This document shows positions 18,212 to 27,979 of a stretch of DNA of 64,000 bases, in pieces. Each line of letters begins with the position of its first letter. Within the stretch, counting starts at the first letter, position 1. A program made the position numbers and the translations under genes. This DNA comes from a virus, in IMG/VR virus record IMGVR_UViG_3300044714_000074, positions 9,016-73,015 of that record; one strand, given 5' to 3'. The notes beneath the pieces are model-generated. The model was given only the letters and a program-made list of their open reading frames with translations, made no database searches and was not told where the DNA came from.

Positions 18212-19312
18212 TCATCCGATCACCAGCACCGAATATGTCACGGTCGCCACCGGCACTGTACCATTGAAAGTGTTCGTGACGGTGAGCGTGACTGTGTTCG
18301 TCGCCGAGACGTAGGCGGTAAGGATTATCAGGCCGTCGATCGCGGCGTTCTGTCCAAGAGAAACGGCATCGCCGACCTGCGCTCCGGCGACCGTGACGGT
18401 CTCGGTCTGCGAATCGAAGGCTCCGAGCGAGCCGCCGAAGTTTGTCGTGATCGAGCCGGCGAGAATGCGTGCGACTGCGACGCCGCCGTTGACGGTGAAG
18501 TTTCCCTCGATCGCGAGATCGGCTTCCGCCGTGAGGAGGCCTTCGATCGTCGCGGCACCCTCAGCGATCAGAAGCCCGGAGATGGTTGCCGGACCATCAA
18601 GGGCGATTGGTTCGCCGCTGGCTGGCGTGATCGCGACGCCGCCGGCCGACGTCGCGACGGAGTTCCCGAACTTGTCGATGAGGGAGAGCCCGCCGGCACC
18701 GGTGATTATTTCGTTGCCGTTGTCGTCGATAATCGAGACCCCGCTCGCAGTAGTCGCGATCTCGTTGCCATTCTTGTCGACGATCGAGATTCCGGTTGCG
18801 CTGGTCGTGATGGTGTTGCCGTTGCCGTCCTTCAGCACGTTGCCGGTCGACTTGATCGTGAGCGATGAGGTCTTGTCCGTCGTGCGGATGATCGCACCAT
18901 CGGGACCGTAGATCACAACCGCGTTGGGATCGTCGGTCGGGCTCCAGTTCTTGTTGCCGATCGGCGACCAGATCAGCGTCGAGAGGTTCGCCCGCTGCGA
19001 GAGGTCCGCCGTCCCGCCGCCGAGCCCGCTGACGCCGCCGAGATAGGCGTCCGCTGTCATCACCCAACCGAGGCATCCCGGCTGGATCGGCAGCCGGACG
19101 TACTCGGAACCGATCATCGGCACGGTGACGTTCGGCAGCGTATATGGCGTGTTCGTCAGCTCGAACTTGACCGTGACGATCCCGGAGCCGACCACCGAGA
19201 CGATGGAGGCCGGGAGCGATTGGCCGATGATCGCCATCGCTCCGCGGACCTTCCGCTCCGCGAACTGGTTGAGCGTGCGGGCGAGCGGTGTTTTTTGGCT
19301 GCTGTCTGCCAA
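18212..19312 (-). CDS. baseplate central spike (gpV/gp138-like)
   Basis: OB-fold-like N-terminus (LPASIVSV...LPNVTVP...PIQPG) and repeated DxNGNxI beta-strand units. Confidence 0.75.
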   Translation of the reverse strand: MADSSQKTPLARTLNQFAERKVRGAMAIIGQSLPASIVSVVGSGIVTVKFELTNTPYTLPNVTVPMIGSEYVRLPIQPGCLGWVMTADAYLGGVSGLGGGTADLSQRANLSTLIWSPIGNKNWSPTDDPNAVVIYGPDGAIIRTTDKTSSLTIKSTGNVLKDGNGNTITTSATGISIVDKNGNEIATTASGVSIIDDNGNEIITGAGGLSLIDKFGNSVATSAGGVAITPASGEPIALDGPATISGLLIAEGAATIEGLLTAEADLAIEGNFTVNGGVAVARILAGSITTNFGGSLGAFDSQTETVTVAGAQVGDAVSLGQNAAIDGLIILTAYVSATNTVTLTVTNTFNGTVPVATVTYSVLVIG

Positions 19313-19327
19313 CGATGACCCCCGACT

Positions 19328-20353
19328 TTATGCCGCGGCCGCGGCGCCGACGAGCTTGTTCGGCGCCAAGTCTACCACGGTCACCCAGGAATCCGCCGTC
19401 GGTTGCCGGAAGTTTCCGACGTGCCGTAGCCCGGTGACATAGAAGCCGCCCTGGAACGTCGCGTTGAGGTTTATCAACGAGGTCGGCGCCGCCGACGAGT
19501 TCGTGATCAGCGCCTTCGGCATCGTGATGGCGCCGAAGTACGGAAGGTCGGCGCGCATCACGGTTTTCATCTGGATCGTAGCACCTTCGAGCCACGTCGG
19601 CTGGCCGATGAGGTCCTGGAAGGCGATCTGCACGTTGCCGGCCGGGTTGTCGCTGACGGCGATCGTCGATCCGGCGACCGAGATGTTCACTCCGGGATAG
19701 TTCGCGGTCTTGATGACGTCGAGGCTGGTCTGAAGGACGTACTGCGACAGCTGCTCCAGCGTCGGATAGAAGCCGACCTCATCGTTCGGCCGGACCAGGC
19801 CGGAGTTTATGTTGATCTTCACCGTGGAGCCGGGGAAGGCGGTCTGCAGCGACGTTTGCAGCGCCGACGCCAGCGTCGTCCCGGCCTTCCAGTTCAGCAC
19901 GATGTTCTTCGGCTGCGCCAGCGTGCCGACGCCGCCCTTGGTCGACGAGTTTCCGAACAGCGGAACAATGACGAAGTCGAGCGTCTGGTCGGTCCCGATC
20001 CAGTTGCCGAACGCCTGGAAGATCGTCCCCTGGACGAGAAGCCCGGCCTGCGCCGGATTCGCCAGCGGGAGACCTTTTTGCATCCCGCCGTAGACCGCGA
20101 TGTTCTTGCCGTTGAGATTGGCGGCTTGGTTGATCTCCTGGATACTAATTCCCCAGACGCGGAGGATGCCGGAGCCCTGCGGCGTCGCCTGCCCGATCAC
20201 CGGAATATCCAATTCGATATTCCAAGCCGACGGCAAGGTTTGCCCATTGACAAATGATGTATAGCTCGCGCCGCCGAGCAGGCCGGCAAAGCCGGGCGGG
20301 ACGAAGACCTGCCCGCTGCTCGGATCGGTGATGACGATCTTGTAGTACCTCAT
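19328..20353 (-). CDS. baseplate hub protein
   Basis: MRYYKIVI...GGMQKGLPLANP...DLIGQPTW...RHVGNFRQ; synteny. Confidence 0.7.
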   Translation of the reverse strand: MRYYKIVITDPSSGQVFVPPGFAGLLGGASYTSFVNGQTLPSAWNIELDIPVIGQATPQGSGILRVWGISIQEINQAANLNGKNIAVYGGMQKGLPLANPAQAGLLVQGTIFQAFGNWIGTDQTLDFVIVPLFGNSSTKGGVGTLAQPKNIVLNWKAGTTLASALQTSLQTAFPGSTVKININSGLVRPNDEVGFYPTLEQLSQYVLQTSLDVIKTANYPGVNISVAGSTIAVSDNPAGNVQIAFQDLIGQPTWLEGATIQMKTVMRADLPYFGAITMPKALITNSSAAPTSLINLNATFQGGFYVTGLRHVGNFRQPTADSWVTVVDLAPNKLVGAAAAA

Positions 20354-20448
20354 GGGAAAAATTCGTCCGCCAGAGCGACGAGCGGAATCAACGGCTTAAC
20401 GTCGAAGTGGACGACTTCTTGGGAAAATCTATTTTTTTCGTCCACCCT

Positions 20449-20778
20449 TCAGCACTCCTCGAAGACGCCGTTTGTCAGGTAACCATGCCAGTGATAGCCG
20501 GGCTTTCCCTGGTCGGCGCCCTGATGATGGATTCCGATCGACGGTTTCAGCGTCATGTGCTGATCGTCTCCGGTGCGCGTCCACATCGGCGTTCGATCTT
20601 CCGGCGCCCATGCCTCCGGGTTGAGCCGAACGAACGACCATCGTCCACACCCGCACGGACAGCAATGGCTGAAGCCGACAATCTCCTTACTATCCGGATG
20701 GAGCGTGAACTGGATCGCTCCCGGCTTGCCGGGCATCTCCAGCACGTCGACGATAAATGATGCGGCGTTGCGCTTCAT
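20449..20778 (-). CDS. DUF6527-like Cys/His protein
   Basis: HCCPCGCG...WT...TLKPSI...HWHGYLTNG. Confidence 0.6.
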   Translation of the reverse strand: MKRNAASFIVDVLEMPGKPGAIQFTLHPDSKEIVGFSHCCPCGCGRWSFVRLNPEAWAPEDRTPMWTRTGDDQHMTLKPSIGIHHQGADQGKPGYHWHGYLTNGVFEEC

Positions 20779-21284
20779 TCGGAGGTCTCAAATTGATTCG
20801 CCTGCTCCCGAAACACCAGCGTCGACGTGAAGGGATCACCGTTCACGTCCAACAGGCCGCCGATCAGGTTGATGTTGTAGGCAACCATCCCTAGGACCGT
20901 CGCCGCGCCGGGATCGGCCGCGATCGGCCAGGAGAATGCGCTCGGCCCGGTGATCAAACACGGCACCAGACCGTTGAAGGCGTCCGGCGAGCAGCCGGAG
21001 ATCGTCAGACCCACGGTCGATCCGATCTTGTAGCCATGAGGATTGACCGTCGTCGCGATGGCGCGCCCGTTCGCCCAGGACAGCGCCTGGAGCGCGATAC
21101 CCGTCGGCGAGCCGACGACGGCGCGGCAGCAGGTCAGCGAGCCATCCGGTGCATAGAGGTTCAGGTAGAAACGCTGGCCGAACAAACTCCAAGTTATGAC
21201 CGCGCTGTAAACCTCACCGTCGAGTTCCGGAGAGAATAAGAATGGAGAAACCGTCGTCGGAACAAAGTTGGTGAAAGTCGTCAT
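20775..21284 (-). CDS. baseplate/tail protein with an inserted FCCH-like beta domain
   Basis: PFLFSPELDG...WSLFGQRFYL...NLIGG...STLVFR; synteny. Confidence 0.65.
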   Translation of the reverse strand: MTTFTNFVPTTVSPFLFSPELDGEVYSAVITWSLFGQRFYLNLYAPDGSLTCCRAVVGSPTGIALQALSWANGRAIATTVNPHGYKIGSTVGLTISGCSPDAFNGLVPCLITGPSAFSWPIAADPGAATVLGMVAYNINLIGGLLDVNGDPFTSTLVFREQANQFETSE

Positions 21285-22027
21285 GGTCCATTCGCTCCGA
21301 TGAGCGGCGACGCCACCCCCGAACCGACCGGGGCCTGCGCCGAGGGCACGACCGCAGGCGCCGCGATGCTTCCCGGATTGCCGACCGCCGGTCCTAACCC
21401 GGACCAGGCCGGCGCGCCGCTGATCGGCACGCCGCCGCTTATCATCGACATCAGGTTGTTCTGCGCGTTCTGCGCGTCCTGGAGCGTCAGCAGCGGCAGC
21501 TCGAAGTCCCACTGCCAAGTGTTCTGCGCCTGCGCGTCGTCGCTCCCGGAAACATCAACAAGCCGGAGGAAGACCGCGTTGGTGTAGAGGAACGACGGCG
21601 TCGCCACGATGTACGTCCCGCCGGAGGCGTTGTGCTGCTTGATCACCGCCTGGAGCGCCATCATCGTCGCCAGCTTCGCAGCGTAGCCGGATGGATCCTT
21701 CACCGGGCAGATCATGCGCAGCGAGATGTTCGTCGGCTGCGCGATCACAGCGTTCGCCGCCACGGCCTGGTTGGCGAACGGATACTTGCCGATCTGCTGC
21801 TCGAGAAGCGAAGCGCCGGCGATCGGGATGAAGCTCGCGAAGAAATCGTCGAGGTCAGTCAGCTCATCGCCGCCGGAAAGCAGGCCGTCGACGAAACTCA
21901 ATGCCTGCGTGATCGCGACCACGGGCAGCATGCCGCCCGGAATGTTCTGCGCGATCCCGCCCTGGAAAATGATGGGCGATAATGTGAACGAGAGTTTGAA
22001 GGCCGCGAGGCCCGCCGAGATTCCCAT
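21281..22027 (-). CDS. tail tube initiator / baseplate protein
   Basis: YPFANQAVAANA, WQWDFELPLLT; directly after the tape measure. Confidence 0.65.
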   Translation of the reverse strand: MGISAGLAAFKLSFTLSPIIFQGGIAQNIPGGMLPVVAITQALSFVDGLLSGGDELTDLDDFFASFIPIAGASLLEQQIGKYPFANQAVAANAVIAQPTNISLRMICPVKDPSGYAAKLATMMALQAVIKQHNASGGTYIVATPSFLYTNAVFLRLVDVSGSDDAQAQNTWQWDFELPLLTLQDAQNAQNNLMSMISGGVPISGAPAWSGLGPAVGNPGSIAAPAVVPSAQAPVGSGVASPLIGANGP

Positions 22028-22028
22028 G

Positions 22029-23720
22029 TCAGTTCTTCAGCCCGTTGACGGTGACGTTCGCGTTGCCGCCGGTGTTGTTGTTGATCTCGACCTGGACCTT
22101 GTCGTAGCCCTTCACGCTTCTCGCGTATGCCACGTAATCGCGACCATAGGGACCTAGCTTCATATCATCGCCCCGAGCTTTTCCGCTATGATAGGCGGCA
22201 AGAACGCGATCGAGATTGCCGTGATAGCGTTTAAGCAAGTCGGCGAGAATGATCTTGGCGGTAGCCTCATTGTAGGCAACGTCCTGAAGCCTGCTCGGAT
22301 CGCGGCCATACTGCTTCGCCGTGCCCGGCATGATCTGATAAAGGCCGGTCGCGCCATAAGGCGAGACGGCATGCTCCATTCCCGGACGGCCTCTCGTTTC
22401 ATCCTGTCGGACCAACGATAGAAGGTCGGTCATCGGATCGCCGCTGATTGGAATCTGCGGGAAGGATGCCCATGCACTGTTTCGCAATAGCCAATTCGCG
22501 GCTGGATTCTGTACGGTTTCACCGCGAGCAATTCGACGTGAATTTGCCGCCGCCAGGCGATCGCTGATTCGAGCGCGACCTTCCGTCTTGTCGCCGCCAA
22601 AGCCGAACCATGAAAGAAAGTGCCCAATCGCAGAAGCCATATTGCCGACACCAGTGACGAAGTTTTCAACTTTTGTCGCAAACTCGTCGGTTCCTATATA
22701 GGCGGCAAATTTCTCAAGGCCCTGATCGACAGTTTTAATCCAGCGCTCCAGCGCCGGACTGCCGAGGAAAGCGCGAACAACATTCTCGAAAGCACCAGAT
22801 AGTTTATCGAGCCCCGGTGCCAGAGGCGCCAAGCCGCGCACAAAGGTGTTGAAGATCGACGTGCTGGCGTTGGAGAGCTGCGTCGAGAGGTCCTGCCACG
22901 ACTTCTGGACGTCCTGCGGAAGGTCGAACTGCGTCCGGCGGGTGCCGTACTGCTTGAGCAGTTGCGCGAACTCGCCCGGCGACGTATTGCGAAGCCGTTC
23001 CAGGTCCTCCGGGGAAACGAACTGCCCCAACTGGCGGGCGCCGATCACCTGCGCGAAGAGTGCCGGGTTCGTCGTGTCCGCGATCCTCTTGAGGTTTTGC
23101 AGAAGCGCCACGGCGGTCTGCGCGGTGTCGCCTGCGATCTCTCCTGGCGTCAGGCCGGCACCGAGAAGGCCGACGCGCTTGGTGACGTCGAACTTCGCCC
23201 CGGCGACGCCGCCGAGGAAGGAATCCGGATCGACGAGCCGCGCGAAGTTGGAGAAAGCTTGCTGTTCGCCGTAGCCGAGGCCGAGCCCGAGCGAGGATCG
23301 GCGGCCGGCCGATACTCCAAGCGCCAGACGATCAATACCGAAGAGGCTACCAGCACCAAGCAACCCCGTAACAGCGGTAGTTATGGCGCCCCATCGCAAA
23401 AGCGACAGGGTGATGTCTTTGACATTGGATGCGACGCTCTTGGTGCTGCGCGCAATATCGCGCCATCTGTCGGCGGTCGTGCGCGTGATTCGGTCGGCTT
23501 CTTTTTGAGCGATTAGAGCCAGCTTTGCCTGAACATTTTGGGCCGCAAATTTGGCAACTAGCTTTTCAAAACCAGCACCCGTGCCCTTGATTTCCTGATT
23601 GATCTTTTGCCATGCGGCCGGGGTTGCCTGAAGCAATGCCTGATATTGCTTGTAAGTGTTGTAAAACTTTTGAAAATTGACATCGTTGACATCGATGTCG
23701 AGTACGCTGCGAACAGTCAT
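22029..23720 (-). CDS. tape-measure protein with a C-terminal lytic transglycosylase (SLT) domain
   Basis: Helical N-terminus; ET...SPYGATGLYQIMPGTA...LAAYHSG SLT motifs. Confidence 0.8.
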   Translation of the reverse strand: MTVRSVLDIDVNDVNFQKFYNTYKQYQALLQATPAAWQKINQEIKGTGAGFEKLVAKFAAQNVQAKLALIAQKEADRITRTTADRWRDIARSTKSVASNVKDITLSLLRWGAITTAVTGLLGAGSLFGIDRLALGVSAGRRSSLGLGLGYGEQQAFSNFARLVDPDSFLGGVAGAKFDVTKRVGLLGAGLTPGEIAGDTAQTAVALLQNLKRIADTTNPALFAQVIGARQLGQFVSPEDLERLRNTSPGEFAQLLKQYGTRRTQFDLPQDVQKSWQDLSTQLSNASTSIFNTFVRGLAPLAPGLDKLSGAFENVVRAFLGSPALERWIKTVDQGLEKFAAYIGTDEFATKVENFVTGVGNMASAIGHFLSWFGFGGDKTEGRARISDRLAAANSRRIARGETVQNPAANWLLRNSAWASFPQIPISGDPMTDLLSLVRQDETRGRPGMEHAVSPYGATGLYQIMPGTAKQYGRDPSRLQDVAYNEATAKIILADLLKRYHGNLDRVLAAYHSGKARGDDMKLGPYGRDYVAYARSVKGYDKVQVEINNNTGGNANVTVNGLKN

Positions 23721-23830
23721 TTTCAGTTACCCCGCATTTCGCAAGTATCTCTGCCGAAATTCGTGGGCTGATTCATACTCCAAATCGGCTTGCTTTATAA
23801 ACTCAGAGAAGCCCTCCTCAGCCGCCCAAC

Positions 23831-24487
23831 TCAGCGCGGCACCGACAACGGTTTCCCGTCCAGCGTTGCAGCCGCAGGAGCGGGCTCCTCGCTCGCAGGT
23901 GCAGGGGACGTCGTCTCGCCAGAATTGGCGGTCGCGGTCGACGTCGGCAAGGAAGCGGCGAACTCCGTAGAGTTCAACGACGAGGTTCGCGCACCCCAGA
24001 GAGCGGAAGCGGTCTCGATCATCTCCTTGCGCTGCGCGCGATTCAGCGTCGCATATACGGCAATAAAAAAAACGATGGCGTTCTCGACCTCCGCACGGTC
24101 CTCGTCGCCGATGATCTTGCGGTCGACTGCGATTTGAAGCGGGATCGGCTGCCAGCCGTTCTCCGAAGGCGCGATGACCATCGTGAGGCGCCTGATCTCC
24201 TCGACGAGGCCATTCTTGACGCCGACCACGCCGGCGGCGGAATCATCCTCCCAAACGCCGGTTTTCTGCGCTAGCTGCCGGAGCAGGCGCATCGCCATGC
24301 CGGGCCCGGCCGCGGCGCCGAGTCCCTGGTTGAAGATCGCGGAGAACGTCTGGCCGAGAATGAGGAAGTGCTGGTCGACGACCTCGCGCGAGAGCGGCGT
24401 CGAGTGGACGTAGGCCCGGACGGTCTGCTCGTCGTCCTCATAGATCGGGACGACGAAGTGAAGCCGCTTGTCGATCCTGAGCGCCAC
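23831..24487 (-). CDS. tail assembly chaperone (possible -1 frameshift extension to 23727)
   Basis: Lies between tube and tape measure; T8 run and an open -1 frame. Confidence 0.7.
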   Translation of the reverse strand: MALRIDKRLHFVVPIYEDDEQTVRAYVHSTPLSREVVDQHFLILGQTFSAIFNQGLGAAAGPGMAMRLLRQLAQKTGVWEDDSAAGVVGVKNGLVEEIRRLTMVIAPSENGWQPIPLQIAVDRKIIGDEDRAEVENAIVFFIAVYATLNRAQRKEMIETASALWGARTSSLNSTEFAASLPTSTATANSGETTSPAPASEEPAPAAATLDGKPLSVPR

Positions 24488-24503
24488 GTAACGATTCCGA
24501 GGT

Positions 24504-24947
24504 TTAATTAAAGAGCGAAGAGTTGACGTAGTACACGCCGCGGCAGGAGACGCCCCACACCGGGGTCGTGCCGCCGAGGTTGAGCTCGCCGACCGTCTCG
24601 ATCGCCATGTTGCTGACCTGATACGGCGAGAGCCCGGAGGTCACGTCCGGCCATACGATTCCGTCACCGATCAGGGCCAACAACTCCATCTGCGCCTTGT
24701 AGGCGTCGGAAAGCGGCTGCGTCTTGAGCAGCGGGATCGTCACCGTGACGCCCATGTAGGGCTGCGGCGACTGGACGACCCCGGTCATCGTGCCGTGCTG
24801 GACCGACGATTCGCCGTCGAGCCGCAGCGTGATGCCGGCCTTGTCGAGGTACGGCGCCGAGACGTTCAGCACCGGGAAGTCGGTCCAGGTCACCGCCGCC
24901 TTGAGGAGGTTGAGCGTGCCCTGATCGACCAGCGGGTTTCCGGCCAT
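24504..24947 (-). CDS. tail tube protein
   Basis: 147 aa beta-rich ORF immediately after the sheath. Confidence 0.7.
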   Translation of the reverse strand: MAGNPLVDQGTLNLLKAAVTWTDFPVLNVSAPYLDKAGITLRLDGESSVQHGTMTGVVQSPQPYMGVTVTIPLLKTQPLSDAYKAQMELLALIGDGIVWPDVTSGLSPYQVSNMAIETVGELNLGGTTPVWGVSCRGVYYVNSSLFN

Positions 24948-24962
24948 GTTGCAGTTCTCCTA

Positions 24963-26600
24963 TCAGGCCGCGAAGTTGCTGACGGTGATGTTGATCGTGA
25001 TCGACTCGAACCCGCGCAGCGGGGTGTAGACGATCGAGAAGCCGCCGTAGGAGCCCGCCGCGTATGCGTTCGGATTCTCCGCGATGTAGTCCTGGAACGG
25101 CTCCGCGTTGACGACGGTGTAGCCGTCGTAAGTGCCGGCGTTCAGCGCGGCGGCGAAGTCGGCGGCGTCGAGCGTCGTCAGCTTGACGGGATTGAGAACG
25201 AGACCGTTCGTGATCCCGGTCGTCATCGTCGAGATCAAGACCTGCTGGAGCGCGTTGATGCCCTGCTGGTCGTAATAGATCGGGTTGATCGGGTTGTTCG
25301 ATCCCTGGATCAGCGCGGCGGTGACGTTGAGCTGCGCGTTGATCTGAACCCAATCGACGGAATACCAGAAATTGAACGGGTTCCCGTCCATGGTGTTGCC
25401 GCCGATCAGGATGTCCTCGGAAATCCCGCCCTGCGCGCCGGTACCGACGACATTGATGTTGCCGGCGTTGAGCTCCGAGAGGATCGAGGCGTTGCCCTGC
25501 GTCGGGAACGGCGTCACCCCGAACAGGTAAGAGAGGTTCAGCGGCGTCACTTTGTTCGTCGACGACGGCTTGTAGTTCAGCGTCACCCAATAATCGGAGG
25601 CGTGGCTGAACTCCGTCGACGGGATTCCGGACGAGGCGTAGAGGCTTTGCAGCAATTCTCCAAGCTGCGTTTCCGCCCCGATGCTCGACGGCACGCCGAA
25701 CTCGAGCGTTGCCGCCGTGGTCTGAAGCCCGGCCTCGAAGTAGCCATTCCAGCCGGCGGGCAGGTTGCCGGCGAGCTGGAAGGTGTCGCCGGGAAGCACG
25801 TTGTGGTTCGTCGTCGTGACGGCCGAGGCGACGCCCGCGGTCTGCGAGAGCGAGATCAAGGCGTTCTGCGCCCAGACACCGTATTCCGGGCACTCGACCA
25901 TCGCGACGATGCTTTTCATCGCCGACGTGTAGGCCTGCCAATTCTGCAGGCTCGTCGTGACGAAGAAGTAGGTCTTCGCCGTCGTCGCCTCAAAGTTCGC
26001 GGCGAGCGCCAGGAAGGCGGCGTTGCCGTCCCAGTAGCGCGGCACGAGGTAGGAGTAGAAGACGCCGGGATTCGCCGCAATCCAGGTCGTCAGGAAGGCG
26101 CAGCCGTCCGTGGCGTTGCCGGCGCCGAGTTCCAGGACGTAGACGCCCTGGCCGGAGCCCTGCGCGAAGAACGTCGTCGCCATCGCCAGCAGTTCGGAAA
26201 CGTCCTCCAGCGTGTAGATGATCGTCCCGGTCGCCGGGGAGGTCGTCGATGACGGCACCGAGAAGGTGAAGGTGCTGGCCCCGGTGATCGTGCAGTATTG
26301 CGCGCCGTTGTAACTGGACTGGTTCGCCCCGGCGACCGTCAGCAGCAGCTTGTCGCCAACGGTGAAACCATGCGGGGCCGTCGTCGTGGCCAGCGCGTTG
26401 CCGCCGCTCTGCGTGATGCTGGAGATCGCGAGCGCGCCGGTGAGGATCGGCGTCAGACTCGAAAGCTGCGCCAGGAGCGTCTTCGTTCCCGGCGACGTGT
26501 TCGTGGCGCCCTGCGAGATGAAGGCGCCGGTCTTCTGCAGCGTCGACGGCGTCGGCGCCGAGAGGACGCTGACATTCACCGCCACTATGGGATTGCTCAT
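24963..26600 (-). CDS. contractile tail sheath protein (DUF3383-like)
   Basis: IVAVNVS N-terminus, MATTFFAQ, NFWYSVDW, YYDQQGIN; size and position. Confidence 0.8.
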   Translation of the reverse strand: MSNPIVAVNVSVLSAPTPSTLQKTGAFISQGATNTSPGTKTLLAQLSSLTPILTGALAISSITQSGGNALATTTAPHGFTVGDKLLLTVAGANQSSYNGAQYCTITGASTFTFSVPSSTTSPATGTIIYTLEDVSELLAMATTFFAQGSGQGVYVLELGAGNATDGCAFLTTWIAANPGVFYSYLVPRYWDGNAAFLALAANFEATTAKTYFFVTTSLQNWQAYTSAMKSIVAMVECPEYGVWAQNALISLSQTAGVASAVTTTNHNVLPGDTFQLAGNLPAGWNGYFEAGLQTTAATLEFGVPSSIGAETQLGELLQSLYASSGIPSTEFSHASDYWVTLNYKPSSTNKVTPLNLSYLFGVTPFPTQGNASILSELNAGNINVVGTGAQGGISEDILIGGNTMDGNPFNFWYSVDWVQINAQLNVTAALIQGSNNPINPIYYDQQGINALQQVLISTMTTGITNGLVLNPVKLTTLDAADFAAALNAGTYDGYTVVNAEPFQDYIAENPNAYAAGSYGGFSIVYTPLRGFESITINITVSNFAA

Positions 26601-26643
26601 GATTCGCTCCTCTCAGGGCGCCCGCAGCGCAAGGCTCCGTGGC

Positions 26644-27018
26644 TCACTGATAGGCGAACGAAACGACCTGACCGGTGCCGAGCTGAACCGCGATACCGAC
26701 GAGGCAGGGAAACTCGATCGCAATGGGACCGACGGTCTCCGGGATAACCGCGACCTCGTTCGCCGTGGCGATCGCAGCCGTGGTCGCGCAATCGTTGATG
26801 GTGCCGGTGCCCGATCCCGCCACCAGGACGTTCGCGCGGACGATCGAGCCGGGAGCGGCCTTCAGGACGAACGGCGTTGAGCCGTTGGCGTACAGCTTCG
26901 TCTGCGTGCCGCTCAATGTGCTGATGGTGAGGTTGCCCGCGGCGTCGGCTTGCGCCGGGTTGGTCGTGCCGGCGGGGCGTTGGGCGTTCAACTGGACGGG
27001 GATCGGACCTTGCGGCAT
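26644..27018 (-). CDS. small beta-sandwich virion protein
   Basis: KAAPG...GIAV pattern resembles the C-terminal domain of 37388-38851. Confidence 0.6.
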   Translation of the reverse strand: MPQGPIPVQLNAQRPAGTTNPAQADAAGNLTISTLSGTQTKLYANGSTPFVLKAAPGSIVRANVLVAGSGTGTINDCATTAAIATANEVAVIPETVGPIAIEFPCLVGIAVQLGTGQVVSFAYQ

Positions 27019-27043
27019 GGCGGATTCCTTTTCGTCGTTTGCA

Positions 27044-27979
27044 TCACGCCGGAGCGGTCATCGCCTCGGCGAATGGACACAGTCGCAACACTTCGTCGGC
27101 CACACTCACGTCCTCTGTAACAGAATCCGGATCGCCCTGCACGCAAATCCTGTGGCGGAAATTCCACCAGTGCATCGGCCGGGCTCCCCGGAGCGCCCAG
27201 GACAGGATTTGCCCGACGTCGATCGGCCACGGGTTGTCGCCCAAAACCTTGCTTTTCGGGGACATCTCGACGATCGCCATCTCGTCGGGGTCGGTGACCA
27301 GATGGATCTCGGAATGGCGGTAGTTGTCGACCAGGTCCATGTCGATCGTGCCGTCGAACTTGAGCGCGCGGTCCTTGACCACGGCTAAGGGATGAAGGTG
27401 GAAGGCCCGCAGGATGACCGAATCACCGTTTCGAAAGTAGATTCCCCACGGCAGATGGCATTTCCCGGTCGGCCAGTAGCAGGAGCGCGTGATCGGGTGC
27501 GGCCGCCGCAGCGACCAGGCCAGCAGGTCCCGCGCTGGAAGGGGCCCCGGCGCGCCTAGGAAGCCCGGCAGCGTGCGTGTCCCGCAGGTGACGATTGCTC
27601 GCTTGCCCTGGCGGAAACGCCACTCGGCGGCCACGAAGGCCTCCCTGGAGACCATTATATCGGCGTTGAGGAGGACGACCCGCTCGTTCGCCCTGGCGCT
27701 CTCGATCGCGTGGGCGTGGGCACCGGCCATCGCCCGCATCGGGTTCTTCGCCTTTTGCTCGGACGGCGCCGGGACAAGCGTCAGCTCGAGATCGCCGAGC
27801 GCCTTGGCGACGGCCACCGGATCGTCGGTCTGGACGACGTAGCGGACGTGGATCGAGCCGCGGTATTCGTCGTCGAGAGCGGCGAGCGCGGCGCGGTGGG
27901 TTCGCAGCACCGGGCCGAGAAACAGCTTCCGGTGATGATCGCCCCAGGCCGGGACGGCGACGATGAAGTCGCGGCTCAC
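27044..27979 (-). CDS. GT-A-like (glycosyltransferase-like) protein, paralog 1
   Basis: IVAVPAWG N-terminus, VVLLNAD (DxD position), RAFHLHP, TIDxDL, VTDPDE...ExSP. Confidence 0.55.
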   Translation of the reverse strand: MSRDFIVAVPAWGDHHRKLFLGPVLRTHRAALAALDDEYRGSIHVRYVVQTDDPVAVAKALGDLELTLVPAPSEQKAKNPMRAMAGAHAHAIESARANERVVLLNADIMVSREAFVAAEWRFRQGKRAIVTCGTRTLPGFLGAPGPLPARDLLAWSLRRPHPITRSCYWPTGKCHLPWGIYFRNGDSVILRAFHLHPLAVVKDRALKFDGTIDMDLVDNYRHSEIHLVTDPDEMAIVEMSPKSKVLGDNPWPIDVGQILSWALRGARPMHWWNFRHRICVQGDPDSVTEDVSVADEVLRLCPFAEAMTAPA

